From Lama guanicoe (lineage: Eukaryota), in NCBI GenBank assembly GCA_013239625.1, contig MU054001.1, forward strand, positions 620,001-684,000: 64,000 nt of DNA, in the 5' to 3' direction. Of this stretch, positions 37,522-49,845 are shown in pieces. Positions within the stretch are counted from its first letter, which is position 1. Each line of letters starts with the position of its first letter. Both the position numbers and the translations under genes were made by a program. The notes below the pieces were generated by a model. The model saw only the letters and a list, made by a program, of their open reading frames with translations, was not told where the DNA came from and ran no database searches.

Positions 37522-37667
37522 ATTTATTTAGGGGTTTTCTTTTGGGAGGAGGGAGGTAATTAGGTTTATTTACCTCTTTATTTTTAGAGGAGGTACTGTG
37601 GGGATTGAACCCAGGACCTCATGCAGGTTAAGCATGCGCTCCACCACTTGAGCTATACCCTGTCCCC
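37522..37667 (-). mobile_element. tRNA-derived SINE, Vic-1 type (long-tail form)
   Basis: Antisense ggggattgaacccaggacctcatgcaggttaagcatgcgctccaccacttgagctataccc, with tail gggaggtaattaggtttattta. TSD tgcattttatt (37511-37521 / 37668-37678). Confidence 0.9.
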
Positions 37668-37844
37668 TGCATTTTATTGGAGTTGGGAATCAGTTCTAAA
37701 ATGACTCTCATGTATCTGTTTAAATTTAGGTTATTAGTTGGAAGCATCAGAAACAGATTATAGGTAATAAGGCTATTAAGAAAAATTTAAGCCACAAGCT
37801 AACAGAACATCTAGGGAGCCACAGGTATGAGATTTTGGGGAGGA

Positions 37845-38080
37845 GGTGTGGTCAACTGAGGGGGAAGAACCCGGCTCTGGGCTCCAACTTCCTGCTATCA
37901 CATTTCCAGTCTGTGACATAGGATATTGTGCTTAGCCTGTCTGTGCCATAGTTTCCTTATCAGTAAGATGAAAACTTGTGTCATAGGGTTGTTGCTAGAA
38001 TTAAATGAGATGATGCCTTATCACATGTTTAGTAGAGTCCTAGTCTTTGCAAAACTCAGTTAGTGCTAGTTATTATTTTT
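37845..38080 (+). mobile_element. MIR SINE
   Basis: cttagcctgtctgtgccatagtttccttatcagtaagatg...tcatagggttgttgctagaattaaatgagatgatgc. Confidence 0.8.
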
Positions 38081-38394
38081 TGATACACAAAATGTTTGCA
38101 TTTAAATCCTTTCAAATTCTGAGAGTTGACTTCCATGACTGAAGTGCCTATTCTTTAGGTCAAAATATTTTGAAAGGTTCCTTAGGTAACATCAGTTTGG
38201 GGTGTTGTTAGCAGAACACTTCCACGTGATATGCGTGCCCACTGAGGATAAAATGCTCAAAATATACCTTCTAGGCATCACTGATCATTTTTCTCAAGCT
38301 ATACTGAGGAATGTGACAGGACCAACAGAATTGCTGAATTGATTTGCTTCAATCCAGTTTGTCCTGTATAACTTAACTTTAGATGTAGGTAAGG

Positions 38395-38530
38395 ATGTCC
38401 ATTTAGCCCCTTATTTTCTCATGAGGACATCGAGGTCCAGAGACTGGGATAGACTTTGCCAAGCCACACAATGAGGCAACTGCAGGGCCATGAGAAAACT
38501 CAGGACTTAGTCCACAGGGAATTTTTTATG
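38395..38530 (-). mobile_element. MIR fragment
   Basis: ttattttctcatgaggacatcgaggtccagaga...tttgccaagccacaca. Confidence 0.55.
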
Positions 38531-38941
38531 GTAGATCTGCCCCAGGATCTTACATCTGATCACCTGCTATGATCAGTAGGGTCCAGGCCACCATTTTTTT
38601 TTTTTTTTGTCATTAAGAGTTTGAATTACTAGTGATTCAGCCCATACATATTGAGTTTATGCTTTTTCATTTTTATTTTTCACCTACACATAATTTATAT
38701 TATAGTGGTGTATTTTATGATTCTCTATAAACCACCTTCAGTCCGTATTGGAATGAGGTAAGGTATGCATAAATAAATGAATGGATATATGGATGGATCA
38801 AGAAATACAGAAAAATGAGAATGAGAATAAATGGACAAGTAGGATAAAAGAGAGACAATCGATCAACAACTGTTAATCTCTTAGATGGGTATGTGATAGG
38901 TGCTTAAAGACTATTGGTTGACAAGATAGCTAGATTAATAT

Positions 38942-39043
38942 TTTTTTTATTATTATTATTTTTTTACAGAGGTATTGGGGATTGAACCCAGGACCTTGCC
39001 CACACTAAGCACACACTCCACCACTGAGCTACACCCCCACCCC
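38942..39043 (-). mobile_element. tRNA-derived SINE, Vic-1 type (short form)
   Basis: Antisense gaggtattggggattgaacccaggaccttgcccacactaagcacacactccaccactgagctacaccccc. TSD tagattaatat (38931-38941 / 39046-39056). Confidence 0.9.
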
Positions 39044-39979
39044 TGTAGATTAATATATTTTAGGAGGATTTTCAATATGCAACATTGCAACAAAATATAA
39101 CTTGACCATTAAGTTGACTGAACTGGGCACATTATTCCAGAACCCTTGAGTTAGATGATCTATTCTGTGTCTGTCTTCACGAGGAGCCTGGGAATACAAG
39201 GGTACCTCCTTCCCAGACCAAGTTTGATGCATGAAAATCTAGATTCCCAAAAACAGATCAAAAAAGGGGTGTGTCTCACTGTTCATTCATTCATTGAGCC
39301 CCTACGTCTTTGTCAGACCAGTACCAGATGTTGGGGATCCAAAGGATTGTTCTTACCCTCATGGAGCCAAGTCTAGAGGAGCAACTGACATTCAACAGAT
39401 AATCACAAGCTACTACAACATAGTTACACTTCTCGAAAGACTATGCCACAGGATATGGCATGTGAAGATTGTTTTAGCTAAATAATGCCTTTACTTAGCA
39501 AACCTTTAGTGGAGAAGAGTTGATAGAGGACGACAGATTTAATAATATATGTTCTTTAATGGTGTATGAAGTCCTTCCCACATGTAGGATGCATGATCAT
39601 ATTCCTACCATTAGCAGTTTGGGGCATTTCTGTTCTCAGTGGAAAGCTTATAAGACTAAGAGCCAGAGAGACCCATCAATCAGGAGCTTCCTTGGTCCAT
39701 ACAGGCCTCTTTCCTAAGGCTGTATGCACAAAGCCAAGGTCACTTGGAGGGAGCAGGAAGGAGCTCAACTTTTGAAGATGCAGCAGTGGATCCAACAGCC
39801 CTGTTAGTTGACTGCATGTCTGGCTCATCAGCTGGCTACTGTCTTGATGTGATTATGAATATTCATCACTCATAAATAATAATTGATATTTTATAAGCAT
39901 CATTAATAATTTCTGCACTTGATAAGCAGTTGATGGAAGCATTTAATGAGTGCCTGGACCATACCAGACATTGATCTAC

Positions 39980-40315
39980 ATGCTGTGGAGGTGGTAGTGT
40001 GTGCTGCTCACATCTCCCTTCCAGAAAGAACTTGCCATCCAGCTGCAAGGAAGACAGTTACCTGATGGCCTCCAGTTGTTGGCCTTCACAATCCACCTTG
40101 GCTTTCAGCCGAGACCGTGCTCTTCTTTGGCAGTCCCCAGGTCTTGACCGTGTTTGCCTAATGCAGAGCTCCACCAATGGCAACCTTTGTTCTAGAGCTT
40201 CCTGTTGAATTGGTTAAGACTTTATCAGATGAACATTATGTTCTGAGGCTCTTTCTTCCTAATCCTGCATCCTCCCAGCTTTTCTTTTCATTGGTGTCAG
40301 ATCTGTATTATGGTC
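39980..40315 (+). mobile_element. LTR16A/B-like ERVL LTR
   Basis: gtgctgctcacatctcccttc...tccagctgcaagga...ctagagcttcctgttgaattggttaagacttt...aatcctgcatcctccc...ggtgtcagatc. Confidence 0.6.
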
Positions 40316-41242
40316 CAATTCGTCGTCTTTCTTTGTCCCAGGCTGTCTATCCTTTAAATTACGTCACAACCCTTTGTTGCAAAGTAAAACGTTTCATCAA
40401 TAAGTAAGTCATTTTTCTTCATTTTGGATTGTTCCTCCGTAACCATCCCTCCCCCACCCTAAACTGACAAGGCATATGGCTGTTATACAGAAACAATCTC
40501 AGAAGGCTGATTTTTCTTGGCAACATCAGCAACGTGCAGTCATGTGGGGATTGTACACAGGCAGGTACCAAAGCTCTGAAAGTATTAGGATGAGTGTGTT
40601 TTCCTTGTAGTATAAGCTCTGCATGCTGAGTGAACATCTGGTAGTCCCTGTCTGCTCATATTTTGGCAATAACCAGACAGTTGCACAATTATTGGGCAAG
40701 TTTTGGTGAGATGCATGACATGTCTTTCCAGAATAATTGAAAAATGCCTGGACAATGTCTTTTGTTGATTTGGTCCAGTTAAACAATGATTTTGAATAAC
40801 TTTTAATCTAAATTTCTGTACAGGGCCTCCAAATAGACCATTTTGCTGACAAGCTTTATCTGTTTCTGATTTGTTATAAAGCAAAAAGAAAATTTATTTT
40901 AGCTTCCAGGAAATTCTTCCTTAATCTTGAGGTGTCCTCTCACTACAGGGAGGAGCTTTGAAGAACTGGAGATATCAACTCAGCCAGTGAAACCAGAATA
41001 AGACCATGATGCTGCTTTTTTTTTCCTTTTTCAGTTTTATTAGGTAGAATTATTACACTTTAACTGCACATATACATTATATTGCATGTAAATACATATA
41101 TACAATATACTGCACATTTTTTTTGGTTTATATATATGTACTGATCATTGTTTCCAGGATGCTGCTTTGATAGAAGCATCAGTTAGTTCCACTTACAAAC
41201 AACCTCCAAGGCAGTGGGACAAGCATAAAGTTAGGAAACTTG

Positions 41243-41409
41243 CTTCTTTATTCAAAGTGTGGTCCAGCAGCATCAGCAGCATCAACACCTGAGAGCTTGT
41301 GAAAAATGTAGGCTCTCAGGCCCCACTGTAGACCTGTGGAATCAGAATGTTCAGGTTAACAAGAAGCCCAGGTGATTCTTATGCACATTAAAGTCTGAGA
41401 AACTGCTGT
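41243..41409. mobile_element. MER5A hAT-Charlie MITE
   Basis: tcaaagtgtggtcc...cagcatcaacacctgagagcttgtgaaaaatgtagg...aacaagaagcccaggtgattcttatgcacattaaagtctgagaaactgctg. Confidence 0.85.
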
Positions 41410-41484
41410 AGCACCAGCCTTGCCTGTAACTAGACAGGCCTGAGCATTATTTTCCATCTTTAAGATGAAGAATTTGGCCTAGAA

Positions 41485-41718
41485 CAGTGTTTCCTAAAGT
41501 AGGACCTTCCAAGCACTAGTATCATAAGATGCTCCTTGCAAAAAATGATTCTGTGGTCAAACATGTTTAACAGCATGCTTTTAATGAATAGTACATATTA
41601 GCTCATTGAAGGCTCTGATAAGTCCTGCAATAAAAGAACCTTTTAAAGTAGCATTATTTGATCGCTAAACCATTTTTCACTAAAATTGAATACCATCCTG
41701 TGGAATTAGGGAAATTGT
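41485..41718. mobile_element. hAT-Charlie-type non-autonomous element (family not resolved)
   Basis: TIR-like ends cagtgtttcctaaagt.../...gggaaattg, with internal ttctgtggtcaaacatgtt and gaaggctctgataagtcctgcaataaaagaacc. Confidence 0.55.
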
Positions 41719-41895
41719 TTTTAAAATCCTCTTCACCTCCCTGATTTTATAAAATAAATGTGCTCTGTGAATTTTAGTTAGCTTTTTTGTTATGACAGGC
41801 TGGTCCTCTCAGTAATCCTCAACCCAATCTAAATGCCCCCTCCTTAGCTTGTTGGAGCCTTGACCTGGAAGCTTAAGTCAAAGGAAAGATAGTAT

Positions 41896-41997
41896 AGAGG
41901 GACCAACCATCCTGCTTTGCCTAGGACTGCCCTGGTTTTACACTGAAAGTTCCTCATCCCAGGAAACCCATCACCACCAGGACAGTTGGTAACCCTA
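41896..41997. mobile_element. MER81 hAT-Blackjack MITE
   Basis: tagagggaccaaccatcctgctttgcctaggactgccctggttttacactgaaag...caggacagttggtaacccta. Confidence 0.8.
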
Positions 41998-42011
41998 AGA
42001 ATAGATCACTC

Positions 42012-42443
42012 TTTTTTTTTTTTCACATTTTTTTCTCTGTGATTTATCATAACATTTTGTGTATATTTCCCTGTGCTATACAGTGTAATCTTGTTTATCT
42101 ATTCTACAATTTTGAAACCCCAGTCTATCCCTTCCCACCCTCTACCCCCTGGTAACCACAAGTCTGTATTCTCTGTCCATGAGTCTATTTCTGTCCTGTA
42201 TTTATGCTTTGTTTTTGTTTGTTTGTTTGTGTTTTTGTTTTTTAGATTCCACATATGAGCGATCTCATATGGTATTTTTCTTTCTCTTTCTGGCTTACTT
42301 CACTTAGAATGACATTCTCTAGGAGCATCCATGTTGCTGCAAATGGCATTATGTTGTCGGTTTTTATGGCTGAGTAGTATTCCATTGTATAAATATACCA
42401 CATCTTCTTTATCCAGTCACCTGTTGATGGGCATTTAGGCTGT
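42012..42443 (-). mobile_element. Young lineage-specific L1 3' end (ORF2 C-terminus, 3' UTR, poly(A))
   Basis: Open ORF2 tail QPKCPSTGDWIKKMWYIYTMEYYSAIK...MPFAATWM.LE.VILSEVSQKEKEKYHM.SLICGI* (ORF 42242-42469). Poly(T) at 42012-42023. Confidence 0.95.
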
Positions 42444-44039
42444 CTTAACAAGACTGACAGAGGGCTCATTTTCTATTCCCCATTTCTCTCTTCCTCTCCC
42501 TGTCCAGTCCCCATCCCTACCATCTCCCCTCAAATGATCAGGACAGGAAGAATTGCCTGCTGGTCTGGTCAGATTGAAAGACAAACGAAAAACAGAGCAG
42601 TAGGAGTTGAGTTTGCAGACACAAACCACACGGGTCCCAGTTCCAATGAATGGAGTTGTCCCGGTCAACCAGCCTGATACAAGAAGAAATTCCAAGCTTA
42701 ACGTAGAATGTGAGTCTTTTCTTCACAAATATATTCATCACAATGTTGAAAAATAGAGACCTGCTTTGGAGGAAACATTAATGCTAAACATGTCAGATAT
42801 ATTTTTGTATCTTTTATCAGTTCTAGAAGAAATGTAGTACCTCCTGTGGTAATGAAATCTAGACCACTCAAGTTTCTGGGTATGGAAATTTTGTGCAGGA
42901 AGCACCTCTACTGCCCCTGCCCCTGAATATTTTTTTTCCTGGGGCTTTCAAAAATATTATATTTGATTGACAAGATCCACACATGTGTATAAACTTCCTA
43001 GTCTGGAGATTCTTTCCCCCCTTGCTACAGTCCAACCTCTGTGAAGTCTTCTTTGTTAAAGACGTATGGAGTCCTCTAATCTCTATAATTCTAAGTTCCA
43101 GCATTACCTCACTGGGTATTGCATTTTCATAGTTTCAGTTAAACAGAACATTTAAAAGACACCATTGCAATGGGAATTGGATGCCTCATTTTTTGCAAAA
43201 GCAAAAACAAGTACTAGCATCCTTTAAATAACAATATTTTCTGATGTTAATGTTGAATTAATCCAAGAAATGAATATGTATTGATGGTATTCTTCTGGGT
43301 TTTGAAAATCCTTACAACCACATAATTAAATGAGTGCCTTTAGAAATACTGATAAAAGCCCATTGCCATTCAAATATCTATACAAGACAATGGCCGTAAG
43401 CTGTGGGCTTGGGAGATTAGTTTGGCCACGAGCCAGTGTTTATCACAATATTTCCATCTCAGCTGATAAAATTTAATCATTCTTATTTAAATAGAAATCA
43501 GAATTAATGCAGGTTTTAAAGAGAAGGAATAATAAACGAATCACACTATCTTTATTTCAGAGCTCCTGGCATAATATTGTCTATTCAGAATGGAAATGCT
43601 GTGGTGGTTGTGTTGTTTTTCTACCTTGGACTTTCATTCTAGAGTCCCCCAAAAATAATGAGCTATTGCTTCTCGAATATTTATTTCTTCAACCTGCTTT
43701 AAACAAAGTGGTTCGTACTCTCCTCTCCAGTGGGATAAGCAGGGCTTTATGCGTAACAGAGAACGTGACTCGAACTGGAGTCAGCAAGGCATGTACTTTG
43801 AGCTGTTTCTCCCAGAGGGGCAATGGGTTTGGACTGTCCATTCACATCCTCATGCCTGGGTCCCTGAAGACCAATAGCAGGAAGTGAGCAAGTGGCCCGT
43901 ATGGATGGAGTACATGGCTGGTTGGCTTTGGACCAGAGCTATGGTGCTGCTAGAGGTAGAGTCCAGAGTCAAATCTCTCACTGGAGCAGTCAGAAACCAC
44001 AGCTTCATGTAAGCAGTTATAGCCGAAGATGACTTATTG

Positions 44040-44190
44040 GTCACTTAGTTCAACCCATTCATTTTGTAGGTGAAGAAGTTGAAACCCAGAGAGCAGAACT
44101 GACTCACTTCTTCTGGGTCACCCATCAAGTTAGCAGTCAAATCATGCTAACCATACAAATCAGGTCTCCAGACCCTGACTCTGGTGTCCT
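44040..44190 (-). mobile_element. MIR SINE
   Basis: acccattcattttgtaggtgaagaagttgaaacccagagag...gggtcacccatcaagttagcag. Confidence 0.65.
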
Positions 44191-44589
44191 TTTGATTTTG
44201 TGTGGTTCTTTTAACTGAGGGTTAGACTGGAGTGGAAGCAGTTCCGTACCATTCTTTATGACTCTGTCTATGCATTTTTGATTCATGTCTCAAATGGTAT
44301 GTACCAAACCAGACCCAGTCAAATTCAAATAATATCCCCATCCACAAAATAAACAAATCAACTAAAGGAACCACATTTTCCCCCACGATTTTTATTTCTT
44401 GGTGGGAGAGATGTAGACAAACTCTTATTTCTCTTTCTGAAATAATTTTTTTCCTTAAAATAATGTTTTTAAAAATTTAAATGTCTTACATTTAAATATA
44501 AAAAGAAAAACAGTTTGTTCATAATATCTCTATCTACATAATATTGCTAATATTAAAAAAATAAAATAATTCCAATAGGGAAAAGTTTT

Positions 44590-44825
44590 TGGTCATTTGC
44601 TCTGTTCTGATCACTGTTCTATGCTCTTTACTGTATTATTGCATTTAATCCATATAATATCCCAGTGAAGTGGGTATCATTTTTCTTCCCATTTTACAGG
44701 TGAGGAAACTGAGGGGTGAAGGCAGCAAGTAACTTTCCCAAAGTCACCCAGCTAGCAAATGATAGTCTAACACTGGCAGTCCGGCTTTAGGCTCTGGCTC
44801 CTAGCTGTGATTCCATATAGCCTGA
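44590..44825 (-). mobile_element. MIR SINE
   Basis: cccattttacaggtgaggaaactgaggg...taactttcccaaagtcacccagctagcaaatg. Confidence 0.85.
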
Positions 44826-45889
44826 AAAACGTGGAGTCTTAATTTAGCCAGCACTAAGGACTTACCTGAATTCTCATTTTGAGACTCTATGATGCACCTC
44901 ATTGTTTCCATGCCCACACAGTGTATATGCCAAGTTGGAATGAATGAGGTCCCAGTAAAGTCAGTTGGTGTAAACAATTAGATTTGTTAGAGAAGGCATT
45001 TTGGAATCAATTTGACTCTATTGCTTTTGACTTTGTTATGAATTTAAGTTTGGGTTAGGGGTGTATCAGACTTCAAAACATCTGGTTAGGTCGTTTAAGA
45101 ACCTTCCTGAGCCCTCACAACCCCTTAAGGCTTCCTTTCAAAGGCAGACATTTCCTCTGTCACCACGCTCTTACAGATGCTTTGAGAAACAATGAAACAG
45201 TGCTTTATTCATTTGAGATAATGTAAAGAAGACTTCCTTAATCTGGTATCAATGGGAGTAAGATGTTTCACATGAGTAAAATTTCCAGATAACTCAAATG
45301 TAGACATTTAAGAGCTGGGAATTTTTTTCTCAATAGTTTTTGATAGTTACACACTTTTCTTTTTGTTTTGTTTTGCTTTTTTTTTTTTTTGGGTGGGGGT
45401 GGTTAACCTTTCTTGGTAACCCAGAGCTATGATCATAATCATTAATAATATACTGTATGTACTAGTTAGATTATCAAGGAAAAAGATGCTCTTTTGGGAT
45501 CTGAGATTTGGAAATGCCACTTTCTAATGATAACATCCCTTGAATTACTTGATACCCTTAGACCCTAAAATATAAGCAGGATGATATAACTTGAGGACAG
45601 TGCAGTAGTTTGAATACAGATGCCATGTTTGCATCTGTTGGGAATATAAATATGAGTTGAGAGGGTTGGTTCACTGTTACGGGTGGTCTGGCCCCAGCCC
45701 TCTGTAAGAGGCATGACTCTTCCCCGTTGACATTCCCCAGTGGGACAGGACACATCAGTTGGTCTGTACCATTGCCATTATCTCTGCTGCAGCCACTGGG
45801 GGATTGCTCTCCTCACCCTGGTTAGATGAAGCTAACCTGGATATTTGGGACTCCATGGCAGCCAGGGTACTGCCCTCTCCCTCCTCAGA

Positions 45890-46150
45890 GACATTCAGAT
45901 GGTTTCTACTTTTTCCCTGTTAGAAATAGGGCTGCAGTGGACATCGTGGGGGTAATGTCTCTTGGTGCACACGAAGAGTATCTCTGGGACAGGTACCTAG
46001 ACCTAAACTGCTAGACATTGTCTACTTTACCCAGTACAGAATGGCTTTCTAAAGTGGTCACACCCTTTTACATTCTCATCAGCAATGTGTAGGAAGGAGT
46101 TCCTGTTTCCTACTGTTCTCACCAACACTTGGTCATATGTATCCTTTTAG
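45890..46150 (-). mobile_element. Old L1 ORF2 3' fragment
   Basis: tttctaaagtggtcacacccttttacattctcatcagcaatgtgtagg...ttctcaccaacacttggt. Confidence 0.7.
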
Positions 46151-46164
46151 AGCTATGGAAATGT

Positions 46165-46852
46165 TTATTGTTTTAAAACCACTTTGGTGAGGTATGATTG
46201 ACATAAAAAAAGCTGAACATATTTAATGTACACTACTTGATGAGTTTGGAAATAAGTACACATCCATGAAACCGTTACCAAAATCTATGACATCAACCTA
46301 CCTATCACCTCCAACATTTTCCTCCTGCCCTCTTTATTATTGGTTTTTTTTTTGATAGAACACTTAAGATCTGCCCCCTTAGCAAATGTTTTAAGTGTAA
46401 CAATACAGTATTGTGATCTGTAGGCACTCTGCTGTACAGTAGGTCTCTAGGACTTATTCATCTTGCACAACTGAAACTTTTTACCCTTTGACTGATACTT
46501 CCCCATTTCTCCCTCCCCCTATCCCCTAGCAACTACCATCCCACTCTTTGCTTCTATGAATTAAACTATTTTAGATTCCTCTTATAAGTGGTATTATGCA
46601 GTATATGTCCTTCTGTGTCTGGCTTATTTCACTTAGCATAATGTCCTCCAGGTTCATCCATGTTGTTGCAAATGGCAGGATTTCTTTCCTTTTAAAGGCT
46701 GAGTAATGTTCCATTGTATGTATATATTACATTTTCTTTATTCATTCATCCATCCATGGACATTTAGTTTGCTTCTAGGTCTTCTATCATGAATAAACAT
46801 GCTGTAATAAACATGGGGGTGCAGATACCTCTTTAAGATCCTAATTTCAACT
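46165..46852 (-). mobile_element. L1MA-type 3' end
   Basis: gaggtatgattgacat...agaacacttaagatct...ggacttattcatcttgcacaactgaaacttt...ctggcttatttcacttagcataatgtcctccaggttcatccatgttgttgcaaatggcagg. Confidence 0.9.
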
Positions 46853-47739
46853 TCCCAGTTCTGATATTTGTTGCCCTTAGCTTGTGTGTTTCAGTCTCTG
46901 TCAAACTGAAGTTTCAAACACAATAACTCAATGGGGAAACTTATGAGTGACAGAAATGGTCATCTCTTTCCATTTCTTATGATCATGTCTTGACTTACAA
47001 ATGAACCAGATAGAGATGAAAGCTACATTTTGCATGACACTGGAGGCAATTCCAACCATTTAGCTGATTTAAAAGGAATGTTGGTGTTTAGATTTCTTAA
47101 AGTGTCCGTTTAGAAATCTGCTTGACCAAGAACAAGAAAGAGGAATCGTAACTGAGGTCCCAGCCATTCTGCCTTCCCCAATCCAAGTCCCAAGGTAAAC
47201 AGTGCTGAACCCTAGAGAGGCAAAAGGCAGAGAGTCGGGGCTTCCCAGGCCATTCCCATTAGACTTGAGCTAGATGGAGTTCCCCCATCATCCCCATCTA
47301 CTTCTCCCCGTCCACTCCAGTAAGTACCATTTTGGGCAGGTGCTCCTTGTTTCTTATGGTTACTGCAGGGGTGCCCTCACTGGATCTCTTGTATTTCCTG
47401 CTGCTTGTATTTCCAAAGTAACATTAATCATTCTCCACTCCCTCTGTCATACTTCCCCATACTTCTTGGATTCAGGACTTTTGAAAAACGTCCTTCTCTC
47501 TCGCATCTCTCCTTTCCAGCTTTATTCCCCCTCCACTCACTAATTCAGGCACTTAACCCTTCTCTGCCAAGGTGGTCCTATTTTTTCCACCTCTCACTCA
47601 TTTTCTTTTTTTTTTCCTCCACCCTCCTCCTATTGGTTCTGGTCCCACCCTGCCCTTTAATGCTGTGTGGTCCTTGGCAGGTTGCTTCACTTCTCTGGGC
47701 CCCATTTATGCTTTTATACAGAGAATAGTGGGTTGGATC

Positions 47740-48312
47740 AGCAGTCCCAAACCCAATGCAGGGTTTAAAAACAAACAAACAAAAGTAATACTTATACACT
47801 TTGCTTGCATATTAAATAAGACTTAAGAACGTTCCTCAATTTCCAGTAGAAACTTGCTTGCTTTGATTTTTTTCACCGAAACACATTGCCCTGTCTGTCT
47901 CGCTTTCATGTTCCAGCCAAGGATGGAGAAGAGGGGATGAGAAGTAGGTCACGTTCCTCTTTGCTGTAAGAACAAAACAGCACAGGTGTGAGATTGCATA
48001 CAGCAAATGGCATCAGCCTCTATTGGGAGGCAGTAGGGAGCAGTGGGGACTGTGGTACCTGGAAAGCAGGACACACCCAGGTTGAGGAAGTGCAGCCCAG
48101 GTTTGGTATAGGTTGGCTCTCCTTAGCCCCAACAGGATTTGGAAATTCAGTTTTTTAATATAAAATCTCCCAATGTTTTATATTATTTGTAGAAAATTGG
48201 CATCTAATTTCAACTCTAAAATTAAAAAAAAATCACTATATTAGTGAGCACTGTGCCACCCTAACAAAAGACACCAAATGGGCCATATTTGGCTTATGAG
48301 ACACCAGTTTGC
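47740..48312 (-). mobile_element. Charlie4/MER102-family hAT element with transposase N-terminal remnant
   Basis: Antisense left end ...tgggccatatttggcttatgagacaccagtttgc, plus aaatctcccaatgttt and tagggagcagtggggactgtgg. ctttgcttgcatattaaa is the antisense of a (C)LICKQ-like zinc-finger remnant. Confidence 0.65.
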
Positions 48313-48884
48313 TTCTTGGGGATTATAGGGCCTCTTGTGTGAGTTCCTATGTATTTCCAGTTAATAATTCAGCACCTCTGAATCACATCTTTGCTCCATG
48401 GATTTTCAGCACTTACACATTAAATTTCTACTAACCAAGCAACCATTTCATTCATTGCTCTGCAGTTTCTCTAACAGTTTCATTTCTGTATCTTGTCTCA
48501 TTATCTGGATTGGTTGCTCCTTAGGACCAAGCCAGACATTGGACTAGAGTCCAGGGAGGATTGCTTGGTTGAAAGGTTGTGGTCCCTGCCTTGAAAGGGA
48601 GAAGATGAGATGGAGCCTAACTGACCAGGCAGAGGGTCTTGTGGGAGCGACAGCCCAGGATGGGCGTGGGAGCAAGAGCAGCTCCTCCCTGGGTCTCTTT
48701 GTGATTCCAGGTGTTATCTCTAGGCCCAGCTCCACTGTTCCTTGCCTGGGCCACTGCGGAAGCCAACAATGGACCCCCTAGATCTAGTCCGGTCCTCTCC
48801 AGGCCTTTGAAATCACAACAGCCAGAGTGACCTATGTTCATCTAGCCCACCCTAAAACATCTCTGAGGGCTGTTTGGATGAATC

Positions 48885-49255
48885 CCCCAGGCCTTTACGG
48901 GGCCTAAGAAGACCTGGCCCCATCCTCTCCAGTCCCATCTTCTATGTCCCTGTTGTCTTCTCCTTTCTTGCCTTTTAGTTTCTCAAACACACTCTGTTTG
49001 CTCCCATCAGTGGGCCTTTGCACATACTGTTCGCTCTGTGTAGACTCTTCCCTTTTCCTGGTTAAACCCTTCTCAGCATTCAGATCTTAATAACAAGGGT
49101 GCTTTCATGACGAGAGCTTTCCTGAGCCCCAGGCTAGGTCAGGCTTCCCCGTGGTCTGTGGGAACAGAGGTTTTAACTGCCGTCTTCACCATTAAATCCC
49201 TAGTAGATTGCACAATGCCTGACACAGGGCAGGGAGAAAACAAATGCTCAGTGAG
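48885..49255 (+). mobile_element. L2 LINE 3' region
   Basis: gtttctcaaacacact...gggcctttgcacatactgttcgctctg...gcacaatgcctgacacag. Confidence 0.7.
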
Positions 49256-49644
49256 AGGCAGCATAAAGAGCTGCTGAAAGGGTGTGATTTTAGGAGTACC
49301 TGCTAGGTACCTCTGTCCTAAAAACACACCCTCATCTGACTCCTCTTTCAAGCTAAGTTCTTAAATTTACAGTAAGAAAAATGGTTCAAGAAAAAGCATC
49401 CTTCTCTATCCTCTCCTTGGGAATAGAGTTTAATAAGACTAGGCAGGGGGAACTCGTGCGATCAGGAACACTTCCTATGCCTGATCATTTTTGATCCACC
49501 ACAGCACTGAGACCACCTGGAGAGATGAATGCTTCTGAGAAAAGGCATTTTCATTTTGAGGGTGTGGCATTTGGAAGGCACCCTACTATCTGGTGCCTTG
49601 TTACCTGAAGGATGGTCTGTGGCCACATCAGCTTTACCTGGGTG

Positions 49645-49845
49645 TTGTTAGAATGTGAACTTGATGTGGGCAGACACTGTTTCTAGTTCACTATTGTGTT
49701 CCCAGGGCCAGGAGCAGTGCCAGATATACAGAAGGTGTTCAAGGAGTATGTGAATGGATAAGCAATTGAAGAACCAAAAGCTGGAGTGAAGGGGTGTTTG
49801 AATGAGAGATGAGGGAGGAATGGATGGATGCTGGATGAATGAACA
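49645..49845 (+). mobile_element. L2 3' end
   Basis: ttagaatgtgaacttgatgtgggcagacactgtttctagttcactattgtgttcccagggccaggagcagtgccagatatacagaaggtgttcaa. Confidence 0.75.

Noticed and set aside
42542..42708. Possible + strand exon ending at AAT|GTGAGT
   Set aside because: Poor exon-side donor context, an in-frame stop in the frame I read, and no recognisable peptide.
44860..44868. Perfect splice donor CAG|GTAAGT on the minus strand
   Set aside because: No clear matching acceptor, and about 0.5 occurrences of a given 9-mer are expected by chance on two strands of 64 kb.
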